64,000 bases of DNA from an uncultured Armatimonadetes bacterium (lineage in GTDB: Bacteria; Armatimonadota; Hebobacteria; Hebobacterales; Hebobacteraceae): positions 4,416,001 through 4,480,000 of the forward strand of contig OY970296.1 of assembly GCA_963716175.1 (NCBI GenBank), given 5' to 3'. The position numbers were made by a program, and so were the translations under genes. Positions 10,961 to 22,125 of the stretch are shown piece by piece (positions within the stretch are counted from its first letter, which is position 1; every line of letters begins with the position of its first letter). The notes under the pieces are model-generated. The model saw only the letters and a list, made by a program, of their open reading frames with translations, was not told the DNA's origin and searched no databases.

Positions 10961-11430
10961 CAAACAGCCTACTGGGGCAGCAAGCTGCGGAACTGACGAA
11001 CGCGCTGTCGCGGTTGATGCGCGCTATCTTCACTCTCGATAGCGATGATCCGACGATGGACCTACCGGTGGCGCAGCTTCGCGCCTGCAACCTCCTCAGC
11101 GAGGGCCCTCGCACTATCTCGAGGCTGGCGCGGGATCTCGGGATCACGGTGAGCGCGGTCACTCAGATCGCCGACCGCCTGGAGTCCGCGCACATGGCCG
11201 CGCGACTTCCCGGAACAAGAGACCGTCGCACCAGGACCCTACGGCTGACCGACCACGGCGAGCGGGTGCTACGGTCGCGCAGGCAACAGCGCGTCTCGCG
11301 TGCCTCCGAGGTGCTCAGTGAGCTCTCCCCTCCCGCCCGGCGGAACGTGCTCAAGGCCCTTTCCGCGCTCCTCGATGCCAGCACCGGCGTCGCTCCCGGG
11401 ATCGCCGGCGATGGGGTCACAACCCTCTAG
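10957..11430 (+). CDS. MarR-family transcriptional regulator
   Basis: Winged HTH 'ISRLARDLGITVSAVTQIADRLE...DRR..LRLTDHG'. ATGA overlap with the permease stop. Confidence 0.9.
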   Translation: MTNSLLGQQAAELTNALSRLMRAIFTLDSDDPTMDLPVAQLRACNLLSEGPRTISRLARDLGITVSAVTQIADRLESAHMAARLPGTRDRRTRTLRLTDHGERVLRSRRQQRVSRASEVLSELSPPARRNVLKALSALLDASTGVAPGIAGDGVTTL

Positions 11431-11642
11431 CAGCAGCGGCCGAGGGGCCGCGGTGCCGCCGCCCGATGGCGCTGCGTGCACACGAAGGCGCGCGCAAGCG
11501 CCCCCAACCTCTGCAGCTTGACTCAGTCCCACTGATGCCAAGGAAAAAGGACAGCCGGCCTGAGGGCAGAATGCCGAGCGTCTGAGACTGCCTGGGCAGG
11601 GCAGTCAGGCCCACGCAAACTGACAGTGGCAGGAGGAGTAGG

Positions 11643-12782
11643 ATGAGGCGCAGGACGTTCGGACTGATGTTGGCGTGCGGGCTACTCTTGCTGGCAGCCA
11701 CGGCCGCATCCGCCGGCAAAGTGCGAGCACTGTCCATAGTCAAGGGCCCCTATCTGCAGAACGTCACCACCGATTCCATTACCGTCATGTGGCAGACCAG
11801 CCTGGCGAGCGACTCTCGGGTGAACTACGGCCTGGATTCGAGCTACGGCGGCCACGTGTCCGACGCCACTCAGGTGACCGTGCACGAAGTGCACCTCAGC
11901 GGTCTGAGCCTCGATACGGTGTACCATTACGGCGTCACCTCTACCGCCACTAGCAAGGCGGGAACTCAGACCATCTCCAGCGCCGATGGCACCTTCCAGA
12001 CCGCGGTATCTCCGACCACCACCTCGTTCCGCTTCGCGGCTTACGGCGACTCCCGCACCCAGTCGGCGGTGCACGCCGCGGTGGTGAGCGCGATCCTCGC
12101 CAGCGCGCCGCGATTCGTGCTCCACACCGGTGATTTCGTGAGCAGTGGAAAGAAAGACAGCTATTGGCAGACGGAGTTCTTCGACCCGGCCCAGCCCATG
12201 ATCTCACGCCTCACGCTGTTCCCCATCCAGGGCAACCACGAGGGCAACTCTGCCCTCTACTACCAGTACTTCGACCCGCCGGACGGGGGAGGCGACTACA
12301 ACGAGCGCTGGTACTCTTTCGACTACGGGAACGCCCATTTCGTGGCGGTTGACACGCAGACGAGCTTCTCGCCCGGGAGCGCGGAGTACAACTGGCTGGT
12401 CAGCGACCTGGCGTCCAATAGCGCGAAGTGGCTGTTCGTGTTCCAGCACTACCCGGCCTACAGCTCCGGCGACCACGGGGGAGACGCGAAGGTCCAGACC
12501 TATCTGGTGCCGCTCTACGAGCAGTACGGCGTGGACATGGTGTTCTGCGGCCACGACCACATCTATGAGCGGAGCCTGAAGGACGGTGTCCAGTACGTGG
12601 TCACGGGAGGCGGTGGCGCGCCGCTCTATGAGGTGGACCTGAGCCCCAACCCGTATCAGGTCTACGCGCACTCCCTCCACCACCACTGCACCATAGACAT
12701 CAGCGGCAGCACCGCTACCTTGCGCGCGGTCGCGAACGACGGTAGTGTCTTTGATACTGTGACCATGACGCATAGCCCTTAG
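11643..12782 (+). CDS. Secreted purple acid phosphatase-like metallophosphoesterase with N-terminal FN3 domain
   Basis: Signal peptide, 'KGPYLQ', and metal motifs GDS, HTGD, GNHE and GHDH. Confidence 0.88.
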   Translation: MRRRTFGLMLACGLLLLAATAASAGKVRALSIVKGPYLQNVTTDSITVMWQTSLASDSRVNYGLDSSYGGHVSDATQVTVHEVHLSGLSLDTVYHYGVTSTATSKAGTQTISSADGTFQTAVSPTTTSFRFAAYGDSRTQSAVHAAVVSAILASAPRFVLHTGDFVSSGKKDSYWQTEFFDPAQPMISRLTLFPIQGNHEGNSALYYQYFDPPDGGGDYNERWYSFDYGNAHFVAVDTQTSFSPGSAEYNWLVSDLASNSAKWLFVFQHYPAYSSGDHGGDAKVQTYLVPLYEQYGVDMVFCGHDHIYERSLKDGVQYVVTGGGGAPLYEVDLSPNPYQVYAHSLHHHCTIDISGSTATLRAVANDGSVFDTVTMTHSP

Positions 12783-12926
12783 CCCACACCACCACTCCCG
12801 AGCGGTGGGCCGGCTCCGCTCGCCGGGTAGCACGCGGCCACACCCGCCCCGTTCTCCGGCAAGGGATGACAGGTTCATGTGCGGAAGAGGACTGCCGGTA
12901 CACCGCGGGCACTGAGGGGAGGAACC

Positions 12927-14297
12927 ATGGCCGGTGATAGAGAGCAGATGCAGGGTTCGCTGCAGAGTAGCCTGAAGGCGGTCTCGCGAAGGGGCGAACC
13001 GAAGATCGGTGTGGAAGAGTTCATGTCAGTCGCCGAGCGGTTCGGCTTCTCGGGCTCCACGCTGCAGAAGATCCGGGAGGCGGTGGAAGAGGAGGATTGG
13101 GGCGAGGGGCCCTTCCTCGCGAACTACTACTCGGGACTGAAGCAGACGAAGGTGCAGGCCTTCGAGGAGACGGCACGCGGGATCTTTGGCCTGCCATATG
13201 CCATCGGGGTAAGCTCTGGGACGGCCGCACTGCACAGCGCCTTCGTGGCGGTCGGTGTCGGGCCGGGCACAGAGGTCATCTGCCCGGCGATCGGCTTCTT
13301 CGCGACGGCCGCGGCCGTGGTCACCTCGGGCGGGGTGCCAGTGTTCTGCGATGTGGACGAATCGCTGGGTATGGACCCGGCCAAGATCGAGCCGCTCATC
13401 AACGAGAGAACGGTGGCGCTCGCGCCCACCCACGTGATGGGGAGTGTGTGCGCGATGGACCGGATCATGGAGGTCGCCCGCAAGCACCAGCTCAGGGTGG
13501 TGGAGGACTGCGCGCAGTCGTGCGGCGCGAAGTTCAGAGGGCAGTATGTCGGCACCTTCGGCAACCTGGGATGCTTCAGCATATCAGCCTACAAGATAGT
13601 CGGCGGCGGCGAAGGCGGCCTCATCGTGACCAACCAGGAGCGACTGTGGGAACGCGCGAGCTGCCTCGCCGAGTGCGGCGGCCTGTGGCGCCCCGATCGG
13701 TTCGCTCCCCCGCGATACGAAGGCGAGCTCTTCTGCGGCACTAACTACCGGATGTCAGAGCTGGAGGCGGCGGTGGATGTCGTCCAGCTGCACAAGATGG
13801 CCCGCACGGTCGAGCGCGCCCGCATGGTCAAGCATCAGGTCCTCGGCAGGCTGAAGCGCTTCCGGGGGATCGTGCCGCAGAAGCTCAATGACGCGGAGGG
13901 CGAGATCGGCTATCTGCTGCGCTTCTACCCCGAGACCTTCGAGCTGGGTTGGCAGATCGTTGACGGCCTGAAGGCGCGCGGAGTGGGCTGCGGGATGCGC
14001 GGCAAGGACGCTCCACCCGACTGGCACGTCTACGCGTACATGTACCCCATCCTGCTCAAGGGCGGCGCCACCGAAGCCGGGTTCCCCACCGAGCATCCGC
14101 GCTACAAGCAGCGCGGGGGCCGGGTGGACTACCGGCGCGGCGACTGCCCGGTGGCCGACGACCTGTTCGACCGGATGATCTCGATCGGCCTCAACCAGTG
14201 GCACTCGGAAGATGACTGCGAGCGCATGGCCCAGACCATCAACGAGGTGCTGTCCGAGGCCTGCGGAGAGGACCAGCAGGGGCCGCGGTGGCTGTGA
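12927..14297 (+). CDS. DegT/DnrJ/EryC1/StrS PLP-dependent aminotransferase
   Basis: 'SSGTAAL', 'EDCAQS.G', 'FSISAYK..GGEGG' and 'NYRMSEL'. GGAGG RBS before ATG 12927. Confidence 0.9.
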   Translation: MAGDREQMQGSLQSSLKAVSRRGEPKIGVEEFMSVAERFGFSGSTLQKIREAVEEEDWGEGPFLANYYSGLKQTKVQAFEETARGIFGLPYAIGVSSGTAALHSAFVAVGVGPGTEVICPAIGFFATAAAVVTSGGVPVFCDVDESLGMDPAKIEPLINERTVALAPTHVMGSVCAMDRIMEVARKHQLRVVEDCAQSCGAKFRGQYVGTFGNLGCFSISAYKIVGGGEGGLIVTNQERLWERASCLAECGGLWRPDRFAPPRYEGELFCGTNYRMSELEAAVDVVQLHKMARTVERARMVKHQVLGRLKRFRGIVPQKLNDAEGEIGYLLRFYPETFELGWQIVDGLKARGVGCGMRGKDAPPDWHVYAYMYPILLKGGATEAGFPTEHPRYKQRGGRVDYRRGDCPVADDLFDRMISIGLNQWHSEDDCERMAQTINEVLSEACGEDQQGPRWL

Positions 14298-14362
14298 TGA
14301 CCCCCTGTTCCTGACGGGGGATGCGTTCGCGGCGGTTCCCGCACCCAAGAGGAGGAGCAACC

Positions 14363-14911
14363 ATGGATGCAACCATCACCTACTTCGAGGAGACCGGACC
14401 GGCCAATACCGCGGCGGTGTTGGCACTAGTGAAGAAGCGCGCCATCGAAGCCGGCATCGGGAGTGTGGTGCTCGCCTCGACGAGGGGCGACACCGCGCGC
14501 CAGGCGAGCCAGGTCTTCGCCGACACCGACATCAAGCTGGTGGTGATCCCTCACCAGCACGGCTTCGGTGACACCCCGAAGTTCGATATGGACCTGGCGA
14601 AGGAGTTGGAGGCCGCCGGCCACCGGGTGCACTGGGCGACCATGTTGTTCCACGCCGACGACTTCTACGGCACCCATGCTCCCACCGCGCTCGCCAACCT
14701 GTTGCGCACCTTCGGTCAGGGCACGAAGGTCTGCCTCGAGATCCTCCTGATGGCGGCCGACGGTGGGCTAGTGGGCAGAGGCGAGCAGGTGATTGTGGTG
14801 GCGGGCAGTGGTCGCGGTGCGGACACGGCCTTGCTGGCCACCGCCTCCACCAGCAACCGACTGAAGGAGGTCCGCATTCACGAGATCCTGTGCAAGCCCC
14901 TGCTGCGTTGA
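14363..14911 (+). CDS. Pyruvate kinase alpha/beta-domain-like protein (COG1751/MTH1675-like)
   Basis: 'YFEETGPANT', 'VVLASTRGDTA', 'GQGTKVCLEI..MAADGG', 'GRGADTA' and 'EILCKP'. Confidence 0.8.
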   Translation: MDATITYFEETGPANTAAVLALVKKRAIEAGIGSVVLASTRGDTARQASQVFADTDIKLVVIPHQHGFGDTPKFDMDLAKELEAAGHRVHWATMLFHADDFYGTHAPTALANLLRTFGQGTKVCLEILLMAADGGLVGRGEQVIVVAGSGRGADTALLATASTSNRLKEVRIHEILCKPLLR

Positions 14912-14975
14912 AGGGAGCGGGCGACTCGTCACCAGTCACCACAAGCATGTGCCTGCTACCAGTGTTAGCCCCACC

Positions 14976-16440
14976 TTATCCCGGCGGCGCCGAAATCAGG
15001 AAGGGAGGGTGAGGCTGCTGCTCCAGGTCGAGGGTCTTGAGCAGGCTGTTGGCATGCCGGTCTCGCGAGGTCAAGGCCGGAAGCTCGAACCGCTCCTCGA
15101 TCATCCGCAACACGGAGGTGAAGTCGTACTGGGTGTGGTCAAGGTGGCCGCGGCGGGCGTAGGGTGAGATCACGATGGTGGGAACGCGGGGGCCATACCC
15201 GTAGCGATCCACCTCCGGCGGAGGCAGGTGGTCGTAGAAGCCTCCATAGTCGTCCCAGGTTATCACCAACACGGTGTGCCGCCAGTAGGGGCTCTTCATC
15301 AGCGCGTTCACCACATCGGTCACGTACCACATGCCCACCTGGAGATCGTGAGGCGGATGCTCGCTCTCGGGCATGTTCGGTATGATCCAGGCCACGGCCG
15401 GCAGCATACCATCGCGCAGGTCCTTGAAGTACTCCACATTCGGCACCAGGTGAGCCCTGAGGCTAGGGTCGTTCATGAAGGTCTTGAAGCCCGGCAGCGG
15501 GTTCCACAGGCCGAATGTCTTCGGCCCTTTGGTGCCGTCGTAGTACCTCCAACTGATGTCGGACTTCCCCAGTAGCTCTGCTATGGTCGGGAAGTCGAAC
15601 CCCCCTTCCGGGGGCTGGCTCAGATTCTTGACTACGCCCCCAGACTGGGCGGCGACAGTATAGAGATGGTTGGGCAGGGACGGGCCGGCAAGGGAGGAGA
15701 AGAACCGATCGCAGAGGGTGAAGCTCTCGGCGTAGGCCCAGTAGTTCGGGAGATCGGACCGATCATAGTAGCCCATGGTGCTGGGGCTGCTTTCAGCGCT
15801 GACGAAGCCGTCCATCTTGCCGCCGTTCATTGCCGCGCGGGCTGCTTCCCAGGTGTGGGTCAGATCGTGGGTCAGGGGCGAAGTGAAATGGAAAGGCGAG
15901 AGCGTGGGCGCGCCACCCGGAGAGGTCGGCACGCGGAGGCCACGGGGAAGCCCGTCCGCCCCGGGATAGGTGCCGAAGTAGTTGTCGAAGGTATGATTCT
16001 CCTGGATCACAAAGAGGATGTGCTCGATCGGGTCGGTAGACGGCCGAGGTGCCCTCGGTGGAGGCCAGGCTTCTCCCCCCGTGACTTCGATCTGGTGCAT
16101 GTAGATGAGGCCTTTGCTGAAGGCGCCGCGAGCAATCACGGTCTTGCCCGGCGCCACCGCCGCAGGAACCGGCCCCGGCACATACACGGTGCGGATAGTG
16201 TTGTTGCTTTCCGCCTGCACCGCGACCAGAATGACCCGTCACATCGAGCACCGTGCCAACGACGTGATTCGGCGGCTGCAGGAGCTGCATCAGCGGTCTC
16301 GCCGACTGGCCCCTCCCCTGCCCCCGGGCCTCTCCCCGTGAACTCGATCTTGGCCCCACACCCGCGAAGCAGCAGCTCAGCGAGACGAGGACAGCAGCGG
16401 CAGACCAAACGGCTCTGACACGGTCGCGGTTGGGGTGCAT
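14976..16440 (-). CDS. Secreted phosphoesterase (phospholipase C / acid phosphatase family), one +1 frameshift near 16230
   Basis: '[19 protein letters not shown]', 'GPSLPNHLY', '[11 protein letters not shown]' and '[12 protein letters not shown]'. The signal-peptide N-terminus lies in the 16440 frame. Confidence 0.85.
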
Positions 16441-16475
16441 CTGTGGGCTCCTCTCGCATGGCGTGACTTTCAGTT

Positions 16476-16504
16476 AGTCTACAGTGACTTGCACGCCTGT
16501 TCAA
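16476..16504 (-). promoter_or_regulatory. sigma70-type promoter of the phosphoesterase
   Basis: Minus strand TTGAAC-N17-TAGACT, overlapped by AAGTCAC direct repeats 22 bp apart. Confidence 0.5.
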
Positions 16505-16636
16505 GCCAGGAGTTAGACCCCGTGGGAGGCCGGACAGACGCGCGCCCTCGGCCAGTCCCGCCTTTCTTGGCGCGGGTCATCCCTTCTGGTACACTACGGG
16601 TCCGGGTTGGGCTATGCCGATGTCCAGAGGTGCAAC

Positions 16637-17626
16637 GTGGCCACGATTGACGTCCACACACATGTGCTGCCCCCATATGCGGAGCTGGCGATCCAGGTCA
16701 TGGACGCATGCGCGATAGAACGAGTAGTGACCCTCGAGTGGCACGACGGCTTCGGGGATGCGCTGCGCGAGCACCTTGCGAGCTTTGGTGCGTATCCGGG
16801 CCGGTTCATCGTCTTCGGAAATGTTGACTTCCGGCGGATCAACGAGCGCGGCTTCGGCGAGACCTCCGCTGCCCAGATGGAGGCAGACGTCGAGGCCGGC
16901 ATGCGGGGCCTGAAGGTCTACAAGGCCCTGGGCCTGGAATACCGCGACGCCAAGAGGGAGCTCTGGCGTGTCAACGACGAGCGACTCGACCCGATATGGG
17001 CGAAGGCCGGCGAGCTCGGCATCCCGGTCCTGCTTCACACCGCCGATCCACCTGACTTCTGGGAGCCGGTCAACGATTTCAACTTCTGGGGCATCGAGCT
17101 CGCTGGCGAGTCCACCGGCTGGAGCTATTATCGCAAGGGCTTGCCCAGCCCGGACGAGCTTCTGGGCGAGAGGAACGAGGTGATCCGGCGTCATCCCGAC
17201 ACCGTCTTCATCTGCCCTCATGTCGGCAGCAAGGCCGAGTGCCTCGACTCGGCTGCAGACGACCTCGACGACATGCCGAACTTGCATTACGACATCTCTG
17301 CGCGGGTATCCATCATGGGCCGGTCAACGCGGCGCGCCGCTCACTCCCGCGAGTTCCTGATCGAGCGCCAGGACCGCGTCCTGTTCGGCACCGACTTCAT
17401 CTGCGATGAAGCTCCCGGGGATGCCGATTCCAGGCGGGAGTACATGGCGGCCGCGGCCGTGTTCTACCGGTCGTACCTGGACTTCCTCACCACCAGCAAA
17501 GTGCAGACCGAGCCGCCGTTCGAGCAGAGCGTACGCGGCTACTCGCTTACCGGCCTTGGCCTGCCGCAGGAGGTCTGCAACAAGATCCTGCGTGAGAATG
17601 CCCGCCGGCTTCTCGGGCTGATCTGA
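16637..17626 (+). CDS. Amidohydrolase_2 family metallo-hydrolase
   Basis: 'IDVHTH', 'GLKVYK', 'PVLLHTADP' and 'RVLFGTD'. Confidence 0.85.
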   Translation: MATIDVHTHVLPPYAELAIQVMDACAIERVVTLEWHDGFGDALREHLASFGAYPGRFIVFGNVDFRRINERGFGETSAAQMEADVEAGMRGLKVYKALGLEYRDAKRELWRVNDERLDPIWAKAGELGIPVLLHTADPPDFWEPVNDFNFWGIELAGESTGWSYYRKGLPSPDELLGERNEVIRRHPDTVFICPHVGSKAECLDSAADDLDDMPNLHYDISARVSIMGRSTRRAAHSREFLIERQDRVLFGTDFICDEAPGDADSRREYMAAAAVFYRSYLDFLTTSKVQTEPPFEQSVRGYSLTGLGLPQEVCNKILRENARRLLGLI

Positions 17627-17687
17627 CCAGCATCGCGCGAGCTTCGTGAGTCCGGCAGAGGCTTCCCCTCCTCGCCACCATGGCGGA

Positions 17688-18724
17688 TCAGGCGCCGAAC
17701 GTGCCGCTCTCCGCCTCTGCTGATCTCGGCGCCTGGCAGAAGGCGCGGAACACGTCATCCGCCACGCCCGCGGGGATCTCGCAGCCGGCGCTGAGCATGA
17801 AAGGAGTGGCCCTGGCCAAGCGCAGGCGCTCCAGGGCGCGCTGGCGGCAGTGGTCCGGGGTAGCCTGCAGCAAATCGGTCACCGGGTTCAGATTCCCCTT
17901 GTAGCACTTGCCGGCTGCGCGGTAGACATCGCGCGCCCGCTGGAAGTCTACCATGTGATCAACGTTGAAGAGATCGCACCCCGACTCTACCATGGCCTCG
18001 AGCAGGAGGGAGGTGTTGCCACAGATATGGAGCTTCACCAGGCCGCCCACGTTGTGAACTGCCGAGGCCACCTGCTGCTCATAGGGCAGCGCGAACTCGC
18101 CGTACATAGCGGGGGAGATGAGGGAAGCGGCCGCGTCGCCAGCCCCGATCATGGGTGCGCCGGCCTCTACCTGGGCGAGCGCGAACTCGATCACGAGTCC
18201 GGTCAGAAACCGGAGAATCCTGTGGGCGAGCGCCGGCTCCAGCACCAGCATCAGCAGGAACTCGGAGACCCCGCAGATGGAGCAGGCTTCGGCGAAGGGC
18301 ATGTCCACCCAGCCGACGACTAGGCACTCCTGCCCCGCGGCCCGGTGCATTTCCGCAACCGCTGCCACCCGGTCGGCCATCCGGCTACCGGCGCTACTCG
18401 GGTCCGGCCGAGGAAGGCGCAGCAGATCGCCCGCCTCCGTCACCAGCGGCCTCAGCCAGAGGGCGGGGTCTCCTCCGGGTAGGCCATCTCGGCGCCCAGA
18501 TCCGCAGTGATGCGGAAGGCGTCCGAGCACGCGGTGACGGCGTCGAGGTCGAACTGGTCGCGCACCTGCAGCTGGGCCCGGGCCAGAGCGCCCGCACTCG
18601 TGGCGTACTCGCGATAGGCGATCCTCGCCCTATCGGCCGCCAGCAGCATCAGCAGCGGGAAGACCGGCGCCCGATCAACCTGCTCGCCTCGTACCGCAGC
18701 CAGGCAGCGTTCCCGGCCATTCAC
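17688..18724 (-). CDS. Uroporphyrinogen decarboxylase / MtaA-CmuA family protein, frameshift near 18465
   Basis: N-terminal 'ERCLAAVRGEQVDRAPVFP' in one frame, then 'LHICGN', 'GNLNP' and 'LSAGCEIP' in the next. Confidence 0.85.
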
Positions 18725-18740
18725 ATTCGCCCACCTCGCA

Positions 18741-20027
18741 TCACTGCTTCAGGAACAGCTCGATCACCGGCACGCTGACATCGGGTGTGGCCACGGGCAG
18801 CTCGAGGCTGAGCTGCTGCGATTTCCGCATTTCGCTGTGGGCGCCGTAGCTGCCCTCCGGGATCTCCCCAAGCATCCTCACTTCCGAGGCGTCGTTGAGG
18901 AGCTGCGCGTACGCCACGCGGCCGGCCATCCCATCGAGGTTCAGGTACTTGTACGGCCAGGCGAAGACGTGCACATAGAGGCGGCGTGTCTTCGGGTTGT
19001 AGGTGAGACGACAGTCCGACGGGACAGGGAATTCCGCGGGCGCCTGGGTGCACCCATAAATGGAGCGGCCGTGGCGCTTCATCCACTCGCCGATTCCGGC
19101 CAGGCGGTCGAGGGCGCGCTGATCGAACTCGCCCCGCGCCGTCGGGCCCACGTTCAGAAGCAGGTTCCCGCCTTTGCTCACCGTATCAATGAGCATCCGC
19201 ACCAGTTGCTCGACGCTCTTCCAGCTCGCCTCGTCGCGGTGATAGCCCCATGAACCCGAGAAGGTATGACACACCTCCCAGGCCACCGGCTGGCCATCAA
19301 CAGTAAGGCCCTCTCGCGGCTGGAACTGCTCCGGGCACCGATAGTCCCACCCGCCCTCCTCGATGAGGTCGAGACGATCGTTGACGACGATGGCCGGCTG
19401 CAGCTCCCGCGTCATCTTGAGCAGCTTCTCGCTCTCCCAGACATCGCGGCCCTTCTCGTAGCTGAAGTCGTAGAAGAGCATGTCTATCTTGCCGTACCCC
19501 GTCAGCAGCTCGCGCATCTGCCCGTGCAGATACTCTGTGTACTTGCTCTGGTCTCGCCCCTGATTCAGCTTCTCGCGCTCGGGGTGGTTGCGCATGGGAT
19601 GCACGTCGTCAATGGTGAAGTGCGGGTGGTGCCAGTCCAGCAGGGAGTGGTAGAAGCCCACTCGCAGGCCGCGGCTGCGGAACGCCTCCACCATGGGGCG
19701 GATCAGATCGCGCCCGGCCGGCGTATTGGTGGCCTTATAGTCGGTGAGCTTGGAGTCCCACAGGCAGAAACCGTCGTGGTGCTTGGTGGTGATGACGAAG
19801 TACTTCATCCCGGCCTCCGCGGCGACCCGCGCCCACTGATCGGGGTCGTAGCGGTCGGGATCGAAGTAGCTGAGGTACCGGTCATAGGCCTGGTCCGGGA
19901 TCTCCTCTCTCTGCTTGACCCACTCATGGCGGGCGAGCAGCGCGTACACGCCCCAGTGTATGAAGAGGCCGAAGCGGGCCTCCAGGAACCAACTGATGTC
20001 GCCGTGGCCCAGCCCAGATTTCCTCAT
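18741..20027 (-). CDS. Alpha-L-fucosidase (GH29)
   Basis: 'ARFGLFIHWGVY', 'TKHHDGFCLWDS' and 'VSKGGNLLLNVGP'. Confidence 0.95.
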   Translation of the reverse strand: MRKSGLGHGDISWFLEARFGLFIHWGVYALLARHEWVKQREEIPDQAYDRYLSYFDPDRYDPDQWARVAAEAGMKYFVITTKHHDGFCLWDSKLTDYKATNTPAGRDLIRPMVEAFRSRGLRVGFYHSLLDWHHPHFTIDDVHPMRNHPEREKLNQGRDQSKYTEYLHGQMRELLTGYGKIDMLFYDFSYEKGRDVWESEKLLKMTRELQPAIVVNDRLDLIEEGGWDYRCPEQFQPREGLTVDGQPVAWEVCHTFSGSWGYHRDEASWKSVEQLVRMLIDTVSKGGNLLLNVGPTARGEFDQRALDRLAGIGEWMKRHGRSIYGCTQAPAEFPVPSDCRLTYNPKTRRLYVHVFAWPYKYLNLDGMAGRVAYAQLLNDASEVRMLGEIPEGSYGAHSEMRKSQQLSLELPVATPDVSVPVIELFLKQ

Positions 20028-20052
20028 GGTATCTCCTTTCGCGATGCTTCAA

Positions 20053-20083
20053 GGGCGGGCCTACAGAGGGATGCCCGCCCTAC
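20053..20083 (-). repeat. GTAG-type REP-like palindrome
   Basis: Intergenic; minus strand reads GTAGGGCGGGC-ATCCCTCTGTAG-GCCCGCCC. Confidence 0.45.
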
Positions 20084-20101
20084 AGGCTTCCCGCTCACAG
20101 T

Positions 20102-20854
20102 TCACGAAAACTGCCGGTAGTAGGCCTCGACGTTCTCGAAATCCACCGTTTCATCCGGCGGCAGGCCGAGCCGTTTGTAGAGGCCGCTGCGGGCGCGCAT
20201 ATCGTCCAGCAGGACGGCGCGGGCGTGGACGGCCACTTCCTCGGCGACGTGCGCGGGCACCACCAGCACGCCGTCGTCGTCGCAGCCGACCATATCGCCC
20301 GGGTTCACCTGGACTCCGCCGCAGCCGATCTTGCACTGGACCTCCGCCACCTCGATGCGGCCCGGGATGATGGTGCGACCGCGGAGGCGCGCCGCGATCG
20401 GGGTCTTCTGAAGCGCGACCTCAGCCGTGTCTCGCACATAGCCGTCCGTGACAATACCAACCGCGCCGGCCGCCATCATGCCCATCGAGTTCGCTGACCC
20501 CCAGAAACCAACCTCGCCCGCGCCGCCGGTGTCAGTCACAATCACATGACCTGGGCGCACCACATCGCCCACTCCGATGTGGCCCATTTCCTTGAACCAG
20601 ATGCCGTGGGCATCTACGATCTCCTCCGTGGTCTTGAGAGGCCACATGGGCCGGTTTACGGGGACGCATCGGATGGTGAGCGCGACGCCCCAGAACTTCA
20701 TGCCCAGCCAGAGCGGCCTGATCTCAGGCCACATGCGGCCAATCTCGAAGTAGCCGATGCCGTCGAGCGCATCGCAGACATCCACAACGCGCAGGTGCTT
20801 GTAGAGCTTCGCCACCTCGAACGCATCCTTCGCCTTCTTCCGTTTGGAACCCAT
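20102..20854 (-). CDS. RraA / HMG-CHA aldolase family protein
   Basis: 'LRVVDVCDALD', 'WG', 'GIVTDGYVRDT' and 'VNPGDMVGCDDDGVLVVP'. Confidence 0.85.
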   Translation of the reverse strand: MGSKRKKAKDAFEVAKLYKHLRVVDVCDALDGIGYFEIGRMWPEIRPLWLGMKFWGVALTIRCVPVNRPMWPLKTTEEIVDAHGIWFKEMGHIGVGDVVRPGHVIVTDTGGAGEVGFWGSANSMGMMAAGAVGIVTDGYVRDTAEVALQKTPIAARLRGRTIIPGRIEVAEVQCKIGCGGVQVNPGDMVGCDDDGVLVVPAHVAEEVAVHARAVLLDDMRARSGLYKRLGLPPDETVDFENVEAYYRQFS

Positions 20855-20988
20855 GTCCAGACTCTCTCCTTGCTGTCTAATGGGGCCGCGCGATTCCGCA
20901 CGGCCCGGCCCGCGGGCGAAAGCACGCGGATACGACGGCCCTTGCCGGAAGCTCCCGCGAAGGACAAGCCGCGTAGGTCCTCTCAGCC

Positions 20989-22125
20989 TCAGACGTAGTT
21001 CATGCCGGGCAGGGGCAAGGGCACAGGGAACAGCGATGCGAGCACGCGGCCCAGCTCGCCGCTGACACTCACCGCGCCGCGGCCGCCGAGGCAGAGCCGC
21101 GCGGACTGACCCAGATCAAGGCTGATGCGATCGTCGCCGTATCCGAAGACGCAGGTTTCCGCCTCCTGCGCGAACAGCAGCTGCCGGACCACGGCCGGCG
21201 CCAGCCGGGCCCGGAGGTAGGGCCGAAGGCTGCGCATGAGAGTCGGCAGATGGAGCAGCCGGATGGTGTGGTCCGCGATGGTAGCGGCCTTCCGCTCCAG
21301 GCCTTCACTCGCGAAGATGTAGGCCAGCTCTTGGTCGTGCCGGGGGAAGCAGAAGTCAAGCTGGCCGATGCCGCCGGCCTTCAGCATGCTGGGCAGCGCG
21401 CCAACCAGCGCGGCGCGCGCCCCCGCATACTCCACCACGCTCCGCCAGGGGCGGTCGTGCTCCCTTCCCCAGCCGCGGCCGAGCCTGATGTAGGCCACCA
21501 TGCCCCCGCGAGATTCAACCACCCAGGCCTCCCGATGCCAACCCGTTGTCAGCGAGCGGCGGAAGAAGTCGGCGGAGCGTATGAACCGCACCGGCTCGGC
21601 CTGGTAGAGGCGCGCGCAGGCCGACCAGTCCTCGGATTGCACGGGCCGGACGGAGTGCTCGCCTTCGGCCCGGATGGATCCCGGCTCCACGGTCACCTCG
21701 AAGGTGCCGCCGGCATTCACCGCGGAGGCCCTCCGGTACAGCCCCCGCTGCCCGGAGATCAACATAAGAGCGGCGCCGGCCCTGGTCGCCTCGTTGAGGC
21801 AGTGCTCCAGTAGGGTAGTTGCGAGACCCTGGCCGCGGTAGTCCGGATCCGTGCCCACCCCGCCGATGCTCGATATCTTCAGGCGGCAACCGAAGATGGA
21901 GAGGTGATTGTAGACGAGCTTGATGTGCGAGACCAGCTTGCCATCGCGCTCCAGCACCCACGAACCGCGCACGCCGTGCCGGTGCCGTGGTCGGCGCCTC
22001 TGGGGCCGCGCCTCCCGGTGCTGGTGGAAGCCGAACGATCGCGACATCAGCTCCCCGAGCTGATCAGACTCAGCGGGCGTGGCCAGGCGCGGCCCCTCCC
22101 CACTCCCTCTCACCCGTCTAGACAT
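20989..22125 (-). CDS. Eis-like GNAT acetyltransferase
   Basis: Acetyl-CoA motif A 'IGGVGTDPDYRGQGLATTLL'. Confidence 0.8.
   Translation of the reverse strand: MSRRVRGSGEGPRLATPAESDQLGELMSRSFGFHQHREARPQRRRPRHRHGVRGSWVLERDGKLVSHIKLVYNHLSIFGCRLKISSIGGVGTDPDYRGQGLATTLLEHCLNEATRAGAALMLISGQRGLYRRASAVNAGGTFEVTVEPGSIRAEGEHSVRPVQSEDWSACARLYQAEPVRFIRSADFFRRSLTTGWHREAWVVESRGGMVAYIRLGRGWGREHDRPWRSVVEYAGARAALVGALPSMLKAGGIGQLDFCFPRHDQELAYIFASEGLERKAATIADHTIRLLHLPTLMRSLRPYLRARLAPAVVRQLLFAQEAETCVFGYGDDRISLDLGQSARLCLGGRGAVSVSGELGRVLASLFPVPLPLPGMNYV

Noticed and set aside
11520-11640. Possible riboswitch upstream of the phosphatase
   Set aside because: There is one hairpin (GACTGCC...GGCAGTC) but no recognisable aptamer consensus.
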